A DNA stretch of 33,959 nt. Source: Clostridia bacterium. GTDB lineage: Bacteria; Bacillota; Clostridia; Oscillospirales; CAG-272. The stretch spans positions 1 through 33,959 of the forward strand of contig JAFTLM010000039.1 of assembly GCA_017455945.1 (NCBI GenBank), in the 5' to 3' direction. Shown one piece after another: positions 33,886 to 33,959 of the stretch. The notes below the pieces were generated by a model. That model had not been told where the DNA came from. It made no database searches and worked only from the letters and a program-made list of their open reading frames with translations. A program made the position numbers and the translations under genes. Position 1 is the stretch's first letter; each line of letters begins with the position of its first letter.

Positions 33886-33917
33886 CAGCACCCACTTTTG
33901 GTGGGTGCTGTTTTTTC
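33886..33917 (+). terminator. Rho-independent terminator after rpsI.
   Basis: CAGCACCCAC / GTGGGTGCTG 10-bp stem with loop TTTTG, followed by TTTTTTC. Confidence 0.85.
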
Positions 33918-33959
33918 GTAGGGGAGACCTGCGGTTTATGGCGGTTCAATTTGTAAAAA

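Noticed and set aside
1-33959. Mobile elements, prophage, defence systems, tRNA or rRNA genes.
   Set aside because: No transposase, integrase, recombinase, reverse transcriptase, restriction/modification or cas-like proteins appear among ORFs of 60 aa or longer. I saw no terminal inverted repeats flanking any block, and no cloverleaf-like or rRNA-like conserved sequence in the short intergenic regions.

Overview
This 33,959-bp window is a chromosomal segment with Gram-positive (Firmicutes/Clostridia-like) grammar: GGAGG-type ribosome-binding sites (RBS), TTGACA-17-TATAAT promoters and hairpin-plus-T-run terminators. The taxon is inferred only from these signals and the style of the proteins. 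Housekeeping genes (secA, trmL, mnmA, pcrA, murE, rplM, rpsI, an S1-domain protein) are interleaved with accessory carbohydrate modules.

Gene content in order:
1. 3-5953 (+): the 3' part of a sugar-uptake locus. It holds a DUF5696-like gene truncated by the window edge, an ABC permease interrupted by an in-frame TAA, a second permease and a DUF4091-like protein.
2. 5987-10983 (-): secA, translationally coupled to two uncharacterised polytopic membrane proteins with very basic cytosolic segments.
3. 11155-15100 (+): trmL-mnmA-pcrA.
4. 15392-21883 (+): a stand-alone 6.5-kb gene for a 2163-aa secreted protein built from repeated LamG/jelly-roll-like modules.
5. 21919-23747 (-): murE plus a coupled 113-aa ORF.
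6. 23990-27716 (+): an SDR / TIM-barrel / TIM-barrel / Gfo-Idh-MocA operon.
7. 27757-31628: an AraC regulator, a GH109-like NAD-dependent enzyme, an amidohydrolase and an acyltransferase-like gene.
8. 31779-33849: the S1-domain protein, rplM and rpsI.

I saw no rRNA, tRNA, CRISPR array, transposase, integrase or phage genes.

The best candidates for new biology are the giant multi-module secreted protein, the secA-coupled membrane-protein pair, and the possible oxidative (3-keto) glycoside-processing operon. All family assignments rest on motif recognition by eye; no database search was run.
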